Shown here: piece by piece, positions 1 to 10,022 of the stretch | Numbering within the stretch: position 1 is the first letter of the stretch | Layout: every line of letters begins with the position of its first letter | IMG/VR virus record: IMGVR_UViG_3300009703_000007 | Span: 30,121-94,120 of that record | DNA: 64,000 nt | Origin: a virus | Lineage: Duplodnaviria > Heunggongvirae > Uroviricota > Caudoviricetes | Reading direction: 5' to 3' (one strand) | Position numbers and translations under genes: made by a program | The notes under the pieces: model-generated | Told to the model about the DNA's origin: nothing | Seen by the model: the letters and a program-made list of their open reading frames with translations, nothing else | Databases searched by the model: none

Positions 1-71
1 GGGCAGAGTTTGGTGTTGGCAGAGGACCAGGGTATTAAGGGTATTTACCCTATTCTACTATAGAGGAAGAC

Positions 72-488
72 ATGGCTACAGGAATTGTACATTGGTATAC
101 CGCGTCGATGACAGGCGTCACCGCGGCCGGAGAGAGTACCCCAGTGGTGTTTAGCCCAGCAGCCGCTGGTGCCAACACACTTATTGCGTTCAATGGTATG
201 TTGGGAGACCGCATAACCGGACTTCGAATCAAGCGGGTCACAGATGTCACTGCCACCAACTACGATGTGCACGTGTATAAAGACGTGGGAGGGACACTAC
301 ACGCGTATTCAGTGTACGCTATCGCGTTCGACGCTGACCTCAAGTGGGATTTTGCTATCGATGATCTGAACACAGACGCCAAGGCTGCAGTAGATCGGTT
401 GTACGTAACCGCGCAGGTCAACTCTGGAGCGGACCCGATCGACATAGACGTAGAGCTTACGGTAGCTCCGGCGATTGGTGGCAACTAG
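72..488 (+). CDS. hypothetical phage protein
   Basis: 138-aa ORF with AGAGGA upstream of the ATG; first of a run of closely spaced + strand genes. Confidence 0.65.
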   Translation: MATGIVHWYTASMTGVTAAGESTPVVFSPAAAGANTLIAFNGMLGDRITGLRIKRVTDVTATNYDVHVYKDVGGTLHAYSVYAIAFDADLKWDFAIDDLNTDAKAAVDRLYVTAQVNSGADPIDIDVELTVAPAIGGN

Positions 489-502
489 CCCTACGTGACA
501 TC

Positions 503-1342
503 ATGGCCTACCCACAGCCCAGCCCTCAAGGAGGAACAGCTACAGCTTCTTATGAGGATGTGCCTTTAGGCGAGCGCGGTGGGCGTGTGCCCATAACAGT
601 TTTAGGGCCCCTGGATCCCCTACCCAGCGTAAGATCGGACGTCTCTACCCTTGACAGTCATGTCATACCTACTCCTCGTAGGCCTTTAGCCATGGAGGTC
701 GCGTCGACTTCAGACGACGATCGTGTCGATGGGGAGGGCGTCCATTGCGTAGAAATACACGGTTTGGTTGTTGACTCGAAGGGCAATTGGCGTGAGGCGC
801 AGGAGGAAGTTGTGCTCTCAGGTACTGAACCGAAGAGACTTGAACACCGTTATATACGTATCAACAGCTTCCACACACACAAAACCAAGTATCCAGGGAA
901 TGCACCTCATGGTGACGTGGAAATCCGAGGTCGTCGCAACCAAAACGTGTACGCACGCATGGTACGAGGCGCCAACGAAGCGGGACAAGCAATGTACACG
1001 GTTCCAGATGGCTTCAACGGCTATCTATTCGAGTGGTCTGCCGGGTCGACACAAGCAGCGGTGGTAGTGTTGCTCCTGTCCACGTGTGACTGGAAAGACC
1101 GCCTTCTCAGGGAGGGTGTGTTCATGCTGGACGATTGTGTGATTGCTACTGCGCACGTAGTAAGGAGCTTTGGGTCCCCTCTACGCATGCCCCCCAGGAC
1201 CGACATAAAATTAGCTACGGAGCTTGGAAAGTCGGGAAGGCCTGTGGTGCCCAAGCGTGGCGACAGAGAAAGATCGACTAAACTTAAGAGTACCCCTGGA
1301 AAGACCGTGGGTAGCTTTTCCTTATACTTGGAGCCTATATAA
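503..1342 (+). CDS. hypothetical phage protein (beta-rich, possibly virion-associated)
   Basis: 279-aa ORF packed between neighbours (14 and 3 nt gaps); no catalytic motif recognised. Confidence 0.6.
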   Translation: MAYPQPSPQGGTATASYEDVPLGERGGRVPITVLGPLDPLPSVRSDVSTLDSHVIPTPRRPLAMEVASTSDDDRVDGEGVHCVEIHGLVVDSKGNWREAQEEVVLSGTEPKRLEHRYIRINSFHTHKTKYPGNAPHGDVEIRGRRNQNVYARMVRGANEAGQAMYTVPDGFNGYLFEWSAGSTQAAVVVLLLSTCDWKDRLLREGVFMLDDCVIATAHVVRSFGSPLRMPPRTDIKLATELGKSGRPVVPKRGDRERSTKLKSTPGKTVGSFSLYLEPI

Positions 1343-1345
1343 CTC

Positions 1346-1789
1346 ATGGCTTTTACCCAGCCTATAACCGGCGAGACCTCCGCAGCGAAAGTTGCAGCCG
1401 AAGACGCGGCTGCAGCTACGTCAGCTTCTGTAGCTGTTACGTTGGGACTGTCTATAGACCGTACCTTCCCCGCAGCTGCTACGGACACCATCAAGGAGAG
1501 GATTTCCTTCCCTTATGGCCTTTCACAAGTATCAGGTATAGCTGTGTGCTCTATCGGGGTGAGAGGTACAGGCACAATAAAAGTGAGTAACGGAATAGCG
1601 GGAAGTGGTAACTCCATGTTGAACAGCGACTTCGACGTCAGCACGCTAGCGGCAGACGATGCAATTGAAGGCCTTACGCTGACATCTACAGAAGCTGATC
1701 TACAGGGGACATCTCTACAAGGCCTGACACTAGAGTTTGTCAATTGCACTGTGCCTCATCTGATCAAGATCAAGTTCCAGGAGCAGTAG
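1346..1789 (+). CDS. hypothetical phage protein
   Basis: 147-aa ORF, 3-nt gaps to both neighbours. Confidence 0.6.
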   Translation: MAFTQPITGETSAAKVAAEDAAAATSASVAVTLGLSIDRTFPAAATDTIKERISFPYGLSQVSGIAVCSIGVRGTGTIKVSNGIAGSGNSMLNSDFDVSTLAADDAIEGLTLTSTEADLQGTSLQGLTLEFVNCTVPHLIKIKFQEQ

Positions 1790-1792
1790 AAC

Positions 1793-2590
1793 GTGGCCAC
1801 CTACGAAACCATAGCTGAGTGGCAGGCTGCACAAGGGGGAGGAGGATCTCCTTGGAAGAACATCTGGGAGATAGATTTCTCGACACTAGGGTCGGATACC
1901 TGGGCAGATGGTACGCAAGCCATCACTGCCACCGCGGGGGATAACCTTGTCTCGGTTAACTGGACAGTAGGGAATCAAGGCAATTCCACCACGTTCGGTC
2001 CTGACGGTGCCAACGGTGTTGTGATAGACCCGACTAGTTCACCCTCTACGTTGTGGTGGTCGTCTAGCGACACAGCGCCATATATAGAGGCAGACCTAGC
2101 TGATCTACTAGGCGAAGCTATGTCCCGCGATGATGTGTACTCATTCCAGATGGAGTGGAGTGGCGATGTTATCGGTGCCAACTACGAAGCGGTAGGACTC
2201 GGTGTCGTGGACTCAACCACCAAGGGACCGACTAATCGAGTACGTTACGCCAATGGGGAGAAGTGGACCCCGGGAAGATTCAACTCTTCAACGTCACATT
2301 CGTTTACGGACGTAGCCCTTATAGGTGTGACCGGTACCCAGATTGTAATCTTCGGCGGAGGCGTAGGATATCGTTGTGGGAGGTCTACAACAGGCATCGG
2401 CGCGGTAGGTGACATGATGGATCAATCCAACGCCGCCAAGGACTTCGGCACGATGATTTCCAACACGCCGGGCAACACAGCGCAGCACATGGACGTGGAC
2501 AGCCTTAAGGTGAAGCTCTTCGTTGAAAAGCAGGGAGGAGCTGCAGCGTATTCACAGACTCTCTCGAAGTTCTCTCTTTGGAAGAAGTAA
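1793..2590 (+). CDS. hypothetical beta-sandwich/lectin-like virion protein
   Basis: 265-aa GTG-start ORF, Gly/Ser/Thr/Trp-rich and beta-strand-like; fold is inferred. Confidence 0.55.
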   Translation: MATYETIAEWQAAQGGGGSPWKNIWEIDFSTLGSDTWADGTQAITATAGDNLVSVNWTVGNQGNSTTFGPDGANGVVIDPTSSPSTLWWSSSDTAPYIEADLADLLGEAMSRDDVYSFQMEWSGDVIGANYEAVGLGVVDSTTKGPTNRVRYANGEKWTPGRFNSSTSHSFTDVALIGVTGTQIVIFGGGVGYRCGRSTTGIGAVGDMMDQSNAAKDFGTMISNTPGNTAQHMDVDSLKVKLFVEKQGGAAAYSQTLSKFSLWKK

Positions 2591-2720
2591 AAGGCACAAG
2601 GCCACAGGTACTATATTGACACACTAAAACTTTGCTTAGCACCTACCTGGAACTAAGCTTTATCAGCTGGACACGGTGTGACGAATCACACCCGAGTGAG
2701 CAGCTTGTACACAAGGCCAC

Positions 2721-3527
2721 ATGGCCTACAATAGAGAAGAAATTAGGAGCTTTTACAATATGTACACTAAGTTAGCATTTGTACAGGGAGTTCAGCACAG
2801 CCTCGTAGAGGCCGGGTTCTTAGCTTACACTGGCGCCGATGAGGCGACTGAACATGCGCAGAAGCTAGCTGGCTGTCTCACTGTTGACCCCGCAGAGGTC
2901 GAGTTTGGACCATCTGAAGTAGCTGAAATCGCAGACACCCTTATGGGCCTCAAGATGGCCGGGGTAGCGCAGCCCGCTGAAGACACCGAAGCTCTGACGC
3001 GACTGGAAACTGCAGTAACCAATATCAAGCGTGCCATGCAGGAAGGCGGAGACCTCGCCGATCCAGGTGCCGCAGGAGCCGACGTAGATACCAACGCCAA
3101 GGCAGATTATGATGTGTCCGGAAACGGAGACACCTCCACTCCAATCGGAGCGGGATCTACCACGGGTGATGAATCCGACCGGTCTCCGGCCGACTCTGTG
3201 CCCGACAGAAAGGCGCCCGAGGGTGCTGACGGTGCGGGAGCCGATACCAACGCCAAGGCCAAGTACCAGGTCCCCGGAAACGGCGACTCTGCTATTGCTG
3301 AGCGACAGACCACCGGCGATGAGCTGAAGGTAGCTGCTCAGTGGGGAGCGCAGCTGGTCGAAGGTGTGGAAAACGCCGTCAAGGTAGCAACAGTCCGTGA
3401 GCTTGTCAAGCTTCAGACGGACACGGAGCGACAGGGGCTGGTTGATTATGTCAACCATAACTTCTCTGCTAAGTCCGCAGCCACTGATGACGATATTCTC
3501 GCGGCTATAGCATCAGCGGCTAACTAG
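2721..3527 (+). CDS. putative head-associated protein with K-x-A motifs and an internal duplication
   Basis: 268 aa; TKLAF, QKLAG, LKMAG, LKVAA, VKVAT, AKSAA; internal 52-aa-spaced repeat. Confidence 0.65.
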   Translation: MAYNREEIRSFYNMYTKLAFVQGVQHSLVEAGFLAYTGADEATEHAQKLAGCLTVDPAEVEFGPSEVAEIADTLMGLKMAGVAQPAEDTEALTRLETAVTNIKRAMQEGGDLADPGAAGADVDTNAKADYDVSGNGDTSTPIGAGSTTGDESDRSPADSVPDRKAPEGADGAGADTNAKAKYQVPGNGDSAIAERQTTGDELKVAAQWGAQLVEGVENAVKVATVRELVKLQTDTERQGLVDYVNHNFSAKSAATDDDILAAIASAAN

Positions 3528-3550
3528 CCACCCTGGGTATACACTGACTG

Positions 3551-3582
3551 GGCTGCGCTCGCTTAGCGAGTCGTAGCCTTTT
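3551..3582 (+). terminator. intrinsic terminator-like hairpin
   Basis: GGCTGCGCTCGC-TTA-GCGAGTCGTAGCC followed by TTTT, just after the 2721-3527 stop. Confidence 0.55.
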
Positions 3583-3595
3583 CGTTTATAGGCTT

Positions 3596-3904
3596 ATGAC
3601 GTTAACAGACTACGTAAAATTAGCGGGGGGTGCTATATTCGCGCCGCCACAAGCTATGGTGCCTAGGTCTCCATCGCCCGCTACGGGTGTAACAGCACCC
3701 ACCCCTCCGGGGTTAGGTGCGTCTCCAGGGGTAAAGCTGCCTGCCGCGTCCGCAGCTCCGTCGCCCGCAGTGGCTAAAGTGCCTAAGCCCCCTAAGCCAC
3801 CCAAGCCAAAGGCGCCGCTTAAGTTACCAAAGCTGAAGCCCAAGCTGGGAACAGACTTTGCGTCTCACGTTAGGCATACGTCGTTAGTGACCTTTCCGGC
3901 CTGA
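3596..3904 (+). CDS. Pro/Lys-rich hypothetical protein
   Basis: 102 aa; starts MTLTDYVKLAGG (K-x-A) and has PKPPKPPKPK low complexity. Confidence 0.45.
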   Translation: MTLTDYVKLAGGAIFAPPQAMVPRSPSPATGVTAPTPPGLGASPGVKLPAASAAPSPAVAKVPKPPKPPKPKAPLKLPKLKPKLGTDFASHVRHTSLVTFPA

Positions 3905-3939
3905 GCTATATACTCTATCCTTAAGCAGTGAGTGAATAG

Positions 3940-4515
3940 ATGCAGATAGCTTTCATTACAGGTGTTCAGAGCGCCCTGTTAGACGCAGGATTACTGAAGT
4001 ACGCCAGCTTTGATCTACAGTTAGCCCACGCCCACGCAGCCGCTAAGATCGCGATGGAGGCGGAAGGTCTTGACGCGTATTCAGAAGAGGACATACAGGA
4101 CTTGATCAGTGTGTTGCTCCAACTGGAAGATCAGGCAAGTGGTCCTCCTGAAGGAGAGCTTGGAGTTCCCGAGGGTATCACGGCACCTCAAGTCCCTTTG
4201 TCGGAGTCTCCTGAGAGCATGTCTTCGGACGAGAATAAGCCGGACCAGGCCATGGAACACGGCGAGGAAGTGCTCCAGTACCAGGACAAAGTCGCTATAG
4301 TAGGTGGATTGATACGAAAGGGCGTTTCCAACGTGGCTCGAGAGGTGGGCGACAGACTCAAGCCTAAGACCATGCTGGGAAAAGGGCTTGCAGCAGGCTC
4401 TACACTACTTACAGCGGCAGGTACAGGCGCGTACGTAAACAAAAAGCAGCAGCAAGCACAGGCGCCTATCTCAACCGAGATAAGTAGAGCCGAGCGCAAG
4501 CTGAGAGGTTACTAA
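3940..4515 (+). CDS. putative head-associated protein
   Basis: 191 aa; LKYAS, AKIAM, DKVAI; Gly/Ala-rich hydrophobic segment near the C-terminus. Confidence 0.6.
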   Translation: MQIAFITGVQSALLDAGLLKYASFDLQLAHAHAAAKIAMEAEGLDAYSEEDIQDLISVLLQLEDQASGPPEGELGVPEGITAPQVPLSESPESMSSDENKPDQAMEHGEEVLQYQDKVAIVGGLIRKGVSNVAREVGDRLKPKTMLGKGLAAGSTLLTAAGTGAYVNKKQQQAQAPISTEISRAERKLRGY

Positions 4516-4517
4516 CT

Positions 4518-6599
4518 ATGCCAATGATCCCGTACACGGGTCAGTATGCCCAGACAGATACCGAGCAGGTATTTTCCCAGGCGTTCTCTGAGCAGGCTTA
4601 CAGCCTTCTCGGCTCCCGTTTTCCTAACTTGTTAGAACACATCGCTACCTTCAAGGTAGTAGAGGCTGATCTGAATTCGGGTAAAGCTGTAGGCACCTTC
4701 ATCCTAATACTGGGGGAAGAGGTTATTTACATCCCTGTAGTTCTGGGGGAGGGGGAAGTTCGCCCCCTCATGATGATGTACCACAAGCGTACGGACATGT
4801 TCACCCCACTGAACAACTCTTGGATCGAGAGAACATTATCTGATTCGCAGAGGTCTATTGGTGATCCTGCTCTTCAGCCCGCCACGCTCAACCACGATAT
4901 AAGTCTCCGTAACCTAGTCCGCCCGCCCAACCTCGTAGGTCGGTTCGCGTACGCGTCAGACCAGTCGTACGCTCTGAAGGCGCTGGATGAGAGCCCTTCT
5001 CAGGTGAAGGAAGCCTTTGCTGAGGTGCTAAAGGGCCATCACGATGTATTAGAGCACGTACTGAATGTGTACGATTTTGAGCAGGTCAAGGACGCGCTAC
5101 GAAAGGAAGCTACCAAGGTGGCTGTTTCCCCCCTCCCCGAGGAGGTAGTAGTGTTCGAGGGAGACCCCAAGGAAGTCAACGCTACACAGTTCAAAGAGAT
5201 GTTCGGAAAGCAGTCCCCACGAGCATTCGAGGCGCTGGTTACGCGCGGGGTAGCAGTGTCGGATAGTCGCCCCGAGGGATCGCATAACAGCCTTGCTCGC
5301 TTAGACGTGAGCGGTAATTTCGAAGAGATCAAAGATCCCGGCGTATATGAGGTTCTCTTTGCTGACGGAGAGTCCAAAGTCTGCTTCGCTTTCCGGGGCC
5401 ACGAAGATGTGCGAAGTTCTGACCCACCCGTAGGTGAGCTGGAGTCCCCTGGTGAGCGGGGCGGAAGTTCCCACCGACACCCCGGCGTTCTGATAGTTAC
5501 AGGAGACGCTACGCTTCACCGCGTTCGTAATGCGCTGGGCCGTCCCTTGCAGCCAGAAGCTTTGAAGGGTAGTAAGATCTACGACGTTTTGTACGGCGGA
5601 AAGAAGTCCAAGCCCAGCCCTACTCATAAGGGGTTCTTTGTACACTGCAAGGATAACGGACGTTGGGCTATAACACCTCAGGTTACTATCAGGTCAGTAC
5701 GCAACGAAGGTAAGGTCGTACATTATCGCGGTTACATGCCGGGAGCTCCGCACGCACACCTTGTGGTGGATCCCTCAGTGCCCGTTCAAGTGCCTAAGTA
5801 CCTAGCTAGACGGTCCATGACGTATCTTCCTCCCAACGCTCAGTTTCTGCGCGTGGATGAGGTCAAGTACCTGGAAGACGCAGTCATCGAAGCTCCAGAC
5901 ATGTTGGCTATGATACTGGCGTCTAGAGTAAGAAGTAGAGGTGCGCGAGACCTTAAGATACAGTCAGTCGGTGAGAAGTCTTACTCCTTGGACGGCCGTC
6001 CTACGATGACCAAGGGTGCTGCCGTCAAGATGTTGATGGTTGACTACGGCCTAGGAGAGTCCGCCACATTCTCTGCTCTCAAGGAAGCGGACGAGCACAA
6101 GATTGTTCGGGCATTTGTGATACCTTCTGGTCTTGACACCAAGACTGCAGCGTTCGGGCAGCCAGAGCAAGGTCAAGACCCTTATGCTCAGCAGATGCAA
6201 GGTCAAGACCCTTATGCTCAGCAGATGCAGCAGCAGCCGGAAGTTCCTATGAGCATGGGAGACGATGTCACCATCGACCCGGAACTGATGCAGCAGGTAG
6301 CGCAGGCGCAGATGATGGATCCAGCGGTGCTGGACGCTGCTGTGATCGTGTCTCTGGCAAGAGTACCGGAGCTCCGAGAGTTGATCCTCGGCTACCTCCC
6401 CAACCTAAAGCAGGGTTTGGATAACTTCGGCAGGATACTCTTAGCGGTCTGGATACACCAAGACTCGGTGCGGGAGCAGGTTGGTGACAGCGCCTTCTCT
6501 AGTCTGGAAGATACTCTTATAACTACGTTTAAGTCCGTAGGTGACACAATTCTGCGCCTTAGCGACGGCACAGACATATTCGACGATACCAAGGAATAG
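4518..6599 (+). CDS. large putative head morphogenesis protein
   Basis: 693-aa ORF with 2-nt gaps to neighbours; K-x-A motifs (TKVAV, TKTAA); Gln-rich linker. Confidence 0.65.
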   Translation: MPMIPYTGQYAQTDTEQVFSQAFSEQAYSLLGSRFPNLLEHIATFKVVEADLNSGKAVGTFILILGEEVIYIPVVLGEGEVRPLMMMYHKRTDMFTPLNNSWIERTLSDSQRSIGDPALQPATLNHDISLRNLVRPPNLVGRFAYASDQSYALKALDESPSQVKEAFAEVLKGHHDVLEHVLNVYDFEQVKDALRKEATKVAVSPLPEEVVVFEGDPKEVNATQFKEMFGKQSPRAFEALVTRGVAVSDSRPEGSHNSLARLDVSGNFEEIKDPGVYEVLFADGESKVCFAFRGHEDVRSSDPPVGELESPGERGGSSHRHPGVLIVTGDATLHRVRNALGRPLQPEALKGSKIYDVLYGGKKSKPSPTHKGFFVHCKDNGRWAITPQVTIRSVRNEGKVVHYRGYMPGAPHAHLVVDPSVPVQVPKYLARRSMTYLPPNAQFLRVDEVKYLEDAVIEAPDMLAMILASRVRSRGARDLKIQSVGEKSYSLDGRPTMTKGAAVKMLMVDYGLGESATFSALKEADEHKIVRAFVIPSGLDTKTAAFGQPEQGQDPYAQQMQGQDPYAQQMQQQPEVPMSMGDDVTIDPELMQQVAQAQMMDPAVLDAAVIVSLARVPELRELILGYLPNLKQGLDNFGRILLAVWIHQDSVREQVGDSAFSSLEDTLITTFKSVGDTILRLSDGTDIFDDTKE
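6168..6227 (+). repeat. perfect 30-nt tandem duplication (QGQDPYAQQM x2)
   Basis: CAAGGTCAAGACCCTTATGCTCAGCAGATG at 6168-6197 and 6198-6227. Confidence 0.95.
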
Positions 6600-6601
6600 T
6601 C

Positions 6602-7285
6602 ATGGGATCCCCTAGCCACGTAGTAGACCGCGCAATGGCGTCGTTAAGAGAGGGTACGCCCTCGGACGATGTAATGGTGCGTACCCTTGTGCGTGCCCTG
6701 GAATCTCTGGATAACACGTCTGATGAGCTCAAAGCGGCTCTGTCTATCTGGCAGGATCTAGCTAAGAAGTGCTACGTAGAAGCCTACCTACTTGTCACGG
6801 ACGTAACATCCGTAGCAGTTGCTCTGGATATGCCAACGGGTGTAGTTCAGACCTACCAGGAATTCTTCTTTGACACGGATGTCTTTGCGGACAAGCTACA
6901 AAAGTACTCTTACGCCCATGGGCTGTCGGATGGTCCCGGCAAGGAGCTAAAACTACTAGCACTCACTATGGGCAGGGAGTTCATCGACTGGAGACTAGGC
7001 AACACGCTGAGTATTCGTCCAGACGAGGTCCTTAGTCGCCTGTTGACCGATAGCTACGCTATGGCTAAAATAGGTATGCAGTCGGGGATGGTGACCTCTA
7101 AGTCTGCTAAGGAAGCATACCGCTGGGCCACTCTAGCCGCCAAGCTGGCGGATACCTTGAGTAGAAGAGAAGCTGCCGAGGAGACGGATGATATCTTCGA
7201 GGGATTACAGGTGGTACCTGTATTCGACGAAGTAGACATAAGCGACGCTTTGGACCTAGATCCCGCGTTGATCATACGAGGATAA
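6602..7285 (+). CDS. hypothetical phage protein
   Basis: 227-aa ORF in the coupled head-gene run. Confidence 0.65.
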   Translation: MGSPSHVVDRAMASLREGTPSDDVMVRTLVRALESLDNTSDELKAALSIWQDLAKKCYVEAYLLVTDVTSVAVALDMPTGVVQTYQEFFFDTDVFADKLQKYSYAHGLSDGPGKELKLLALTMGREFIDWRLGNTLSIRPDEVLSRLLTDSYAMAKIGMQSGMVTSKSAKEAYRWATLAAKLADTLSRREAAEETDDIFEGLQVVPVFDEVDISDALDLDPALIIRG

Positions 7286-7289
7286 TTAC

Positions 7290-8138
7290 ATGAAAGTCAC
7301 GAGACAGCGCTTTGAGAAGATCGCTGACCGCATAGTTACTTCTGCGTACGGGTCAGAGGACCTTAGCGAAGCAGTAGCCAAGACAGCGACTGAAATGTCT
7401 CTGTCACCGGAGGCTATCAAAACGCTACTCCAGATGGTCAACACTATTGCTTCACTAAAGCATCTAGACGAATCTCCAGATCGGTCCGAAGCTTTCCCGC
7501 TTGCGGAGCCTTCTAAGGTTCTACGTATAGTGTTCAACTTGGGGGACGAGGAAGCAGGAGATGTGCCGGAGGCGCCTGAGCTGGAGCCAGAACCTAGCGC
7601 TGATTTTAGTCAGCCACCTAGTGAAGACATTAGACCTAGTGCTGACGAAGACCCGGTTCCGGAAGTGGTACCTGAAGAGGAAGAGGCGGAGGAAACTCCA
7701 GAGGGAGAAGTCAAGGAAGCTTCGCTAGCACCTCAGGTGTTCCTAACCAAGAGTGCCTCTTTCAACTCTGCTGCACGTAGGCGCGGGCAGGTAGCAGTAT
7801 TCCGAACAAAGCTGGCACTAGTGGAGCAGGAGTACGTAGACCACCTGGACTATCTAGCTTCAGATTTCATAAGGTTGGGCGGCCCAGAGATTGAGCCTTT
7901 TGAGAAGGACGCTCTGTACGTTTACGGCGACGAGGCTAAGGAGCCTCTAGCAGCGGTGCGCAGTGCAATGCACTATCCCGACATGGACGAAGACGCCCTA
8001 GAAAAGTGCGCAGGCGTAAAAATAGTAGACACGTCAACAGCTTCCATGCGAAAGTTGGCTAGAATGTTAGAGCTGAACAAGATGCACAAAGCTCTTGGAG
8101 AAGCTATAGAGACCCTAGCAGCGGATTTAGTGACTTAA
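7290..8138 (+). CDS. putative head-associated protein (acidic linker, K-x-A motifs)
   Basis: 282 aa; EKIAD, AKTAT, VKEAS, TKSAS, TKLAL, EKCAG, RKLAR. Confidence 0.65.
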   Translation: MKVTRQRFEKIADRIVTSAYGSEDLSEAVAKTATEMSLSPEAIKTLLQMVNTIASLKHLDESPDRSEAFPLAEPSKVLRIVFNLGDEEAGDVPEAPELEPEPSADFSQPPSEDIRPSADEDPVPEVVPEEEEAEETPEGEVKEASLAPQVFLTKSASFNSAARRRGQVAVFRTKLALVEQEYVDHLDYLASDFIRLGGPEIEPFEKDALYVYGDEAKEPLAAVRSAMHYPDMDEDALEKCAGVKIVDTSTASMRKLARMLELNKMHKALGEAIETLAADLVT

Positions 8139-8148
8139 AGGTGGTAGT

Positions 8149-9282
8149 GTGGGTGTCATTAAAAACCTAGGCAAAGAGGTTGTTGATCGTCAGGGGCGAG
8201 ATATAGCTGCGCGTGGGTTGAAAGGAGCTCCGGTAGGCCGCGACTTGGCAGAGAACTTCTTCGGAAGAACAGTGGGCGTGCCTCTTATGGGCGCGGCTGA
8301 GACAGTTGGAAAGGGTATCGTAGGTGCAGGAAAGCGGTTAGCACGGGGCACCTCGAACTTACTAGGCGGTGTCGCTCGCAAGACAACACCTCTGAGAGTG
8401 CAGGATAGCTTGGGTAGGGCTGGTGTCATAGACCCCATCCAGCTAGATCTCTCCAACGCACGTCACGCGATTCACGCACGACGGGCTAGTGGCATGGAGA
8501 TCCCAGAGGAGCTAGCGCGCAAAGCTAAAAATAAGTGGCTTGGCCCCGCTTGGCTGGGTGCCACCGTAGGCGTACCCTCCCTAGCTTTGGCAGCCCACGG
8601 TAACCGGGGTGTCTACAAGGACCTTAGTAACGCAGCTGAGACAGGAGTAAGAGAAGTGACAGCTAACGATAATTCTACAAAAGAGTCGCTCAAGGCGTTC
8701 CTAAAAGCAGCGCAGGAAAAGTCTGCAGCGCGAGGCGGAGGCGGAGGCGTCTTCGGAGAGGGCACTGGCAGCAATCCATGGGAGAAGCCGGGTGAGACCG
8801 TAGCTAGAGGTGCTATGGACACTGTGACTGAGTTTTTCAAGCCCACAGCGCAGTCAGCAGGTTACGACCTACAGAAGTCAATATTCGGCCTAGGTGACCG
8901 AGTCAAGGCTCCTGATGCTATTGCAGAATCGGCTGCTAAGGAGTTCGGCAAGCAGACAGGCAGCTACGCCGGTACGCTTCTCCAAGGTATGGTGGACGGC
9001 GGCATTAATATGGGCCGCGAACAGGCTTCATGGGGACCTCAGCGTAAGCGTATCTTTGACCAGCTCATGATGTCCGATCCTGTTATTAGTCGCGCTGACC
9101 CTGAGATGGTGCTGCAGGCCTACCACTCCATGAAGCGATTTGCTCCGTTGTTGTCTACCGACCAGCACGCAGCACAGGCCTTCCTGCGAGAAGCTGTACT
9201 TCACGAAGGAGCGATGAACTACAACACTATGGGTGCGTTGTCCAAGGCTGAGTCTGAAGCCCGCCGTGCACTAGGAATGTAA
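8149..9282 (+). CDS. putative internal head/ejection protein
   Basis: 377 aa, Gly/Ala-rich with hydrophobic stretch WLGATVGVPSLALAA; LKAAQ and EKSAA. Confidence 0.55.
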   Translation: MGVIKNLGKEVVDRQGRDIAARGLKGAPVGRDLAENFFGRTVGVPLMGAAETVGKGIVGAGKRLARGTSNLLGGVARKTTPLRVQDSLGRAGVIDPIQLDLSNARHAIHARRASGMEIPEELARKAKNKWLGPAWLGATVGVPSLALAAHGNRGVYKDLSNAAETGVREVTANDNSTKESLKAFLKAAQEKSAARGGGGGVFGEGTGSNPWEKPGETVARGAMDTVTEFFKPTAQSAGYDLQKSIFGLGDRVKAPDAIAESAAKEFGKQTGSYAGTLLQGMVDGGINMGREQASWGPQRKRIFDQLMMSDPVISRADPEMVLQAYHSMKRFAPLLSTDQHAAQAFLREAVLHEGAMNYNTMGALSKAESEARRALGM

Positions 9283-9501
9283 ATGGTTTTGCGTCCAGAA
9301 AAACTCGCTCTTGTATCTCAGTACGGGCTGGATGAACTCGTTCCTAGAATCGAGAAAGCAGCTGCGGACGAGAACGGACGCGTTACACTGCACTCCGCAG
9401 TTAAATCCCTAACCCTAGACTTGCTTGTAAAGCACGCAGAGCACAACAGCACAATGCTCGGGTTAGCCCTTCTCAAGGAGCTGGCAACTACCGATGAGTA
9501 A
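9283..9501 (+). CDS. small head-associated protein
   Basis: 72 aa, abuts the upstream stop; EKLAL, EKAAA. Confidence 0.55.
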   Translation: MVLRPEKLALVSQYGLDELVPRIEKAAADENGRVTLHSAVKSLTLDLLVKHAEHNSTMLGLALLKELATTDE

Positions 9502-10018
9502 CGACTTTTACAACTTCATGTATGACGTGCACAGCTGTGTTACTGAGGTTCGCACTCTCCGCAAGGTGGCTCAGGCAGAGGTGCTGGACATAGAGTTGCG
9601 TACTAGGGCAGAAAGCAAGTTGGCTGCTGCTGAGAAAGAGATGCTGACACGTCTGGCGCCCTACGCCAAGGCGATGGGTATGGGCGCTGCCGCAGCGACC
9701 CCTGCTTTGGCAGGAGGTGCGGCGTTAGCTAGCAAAGCTAAGAGAGACGCTGAGGACTTCAGGAATAAGTCCTTAATGGGTGCTGCTGCTGTAGGCACGG
9801 GCTTAGTAGCAATGAATCATGCTAGTAAGAAGTCCCTACGGGAACCGCAGGAAAAGGTAGCAGAGGACCACGCTGAAATAGCCACCAAGCTAGCAGCGGT
9901 TTTCTACCTTGACCACCTTCTTTCTGAACTTCCGGAGTCCTTCTCTGGGTTTGACGTCGAGAGTGTTAGAGCAGAGAATGCCAAGCACGCCGCGGACCTT
10001 ATTTTAGCCCTGGTATAG
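9494..10018 (+). CDS. putative head-associated protein
   Basis: 174 aa; RKVAQ, SKLAA, EKVAE, TKLAA; Gly/Ala hydrophobic segments. Confidence 0.6.
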   Translation: MSNDFYNFMYDVHSCVTEVRTLRKVAQAEVLDIELRTRAESKLAAAEKEMLTRLAPYAKAMGMGAAAATPALAGGAALASKAKRDAEDFRNKSLMGAAAVGTGLVAMNHASKKSLREPQEKVAEDHAEIATKLAAVFYLDHLLSELPESFSGFDVESVRAENAKHAADLILALV

Positions 10019-10022
10019 TTTC

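Noticed and set aside
6168-6227. 30-nt tandem duplication as a regulatory or mobile feature
   Set aside because: In-frame duplication in a Gln-rich linker; ordinary slippage.
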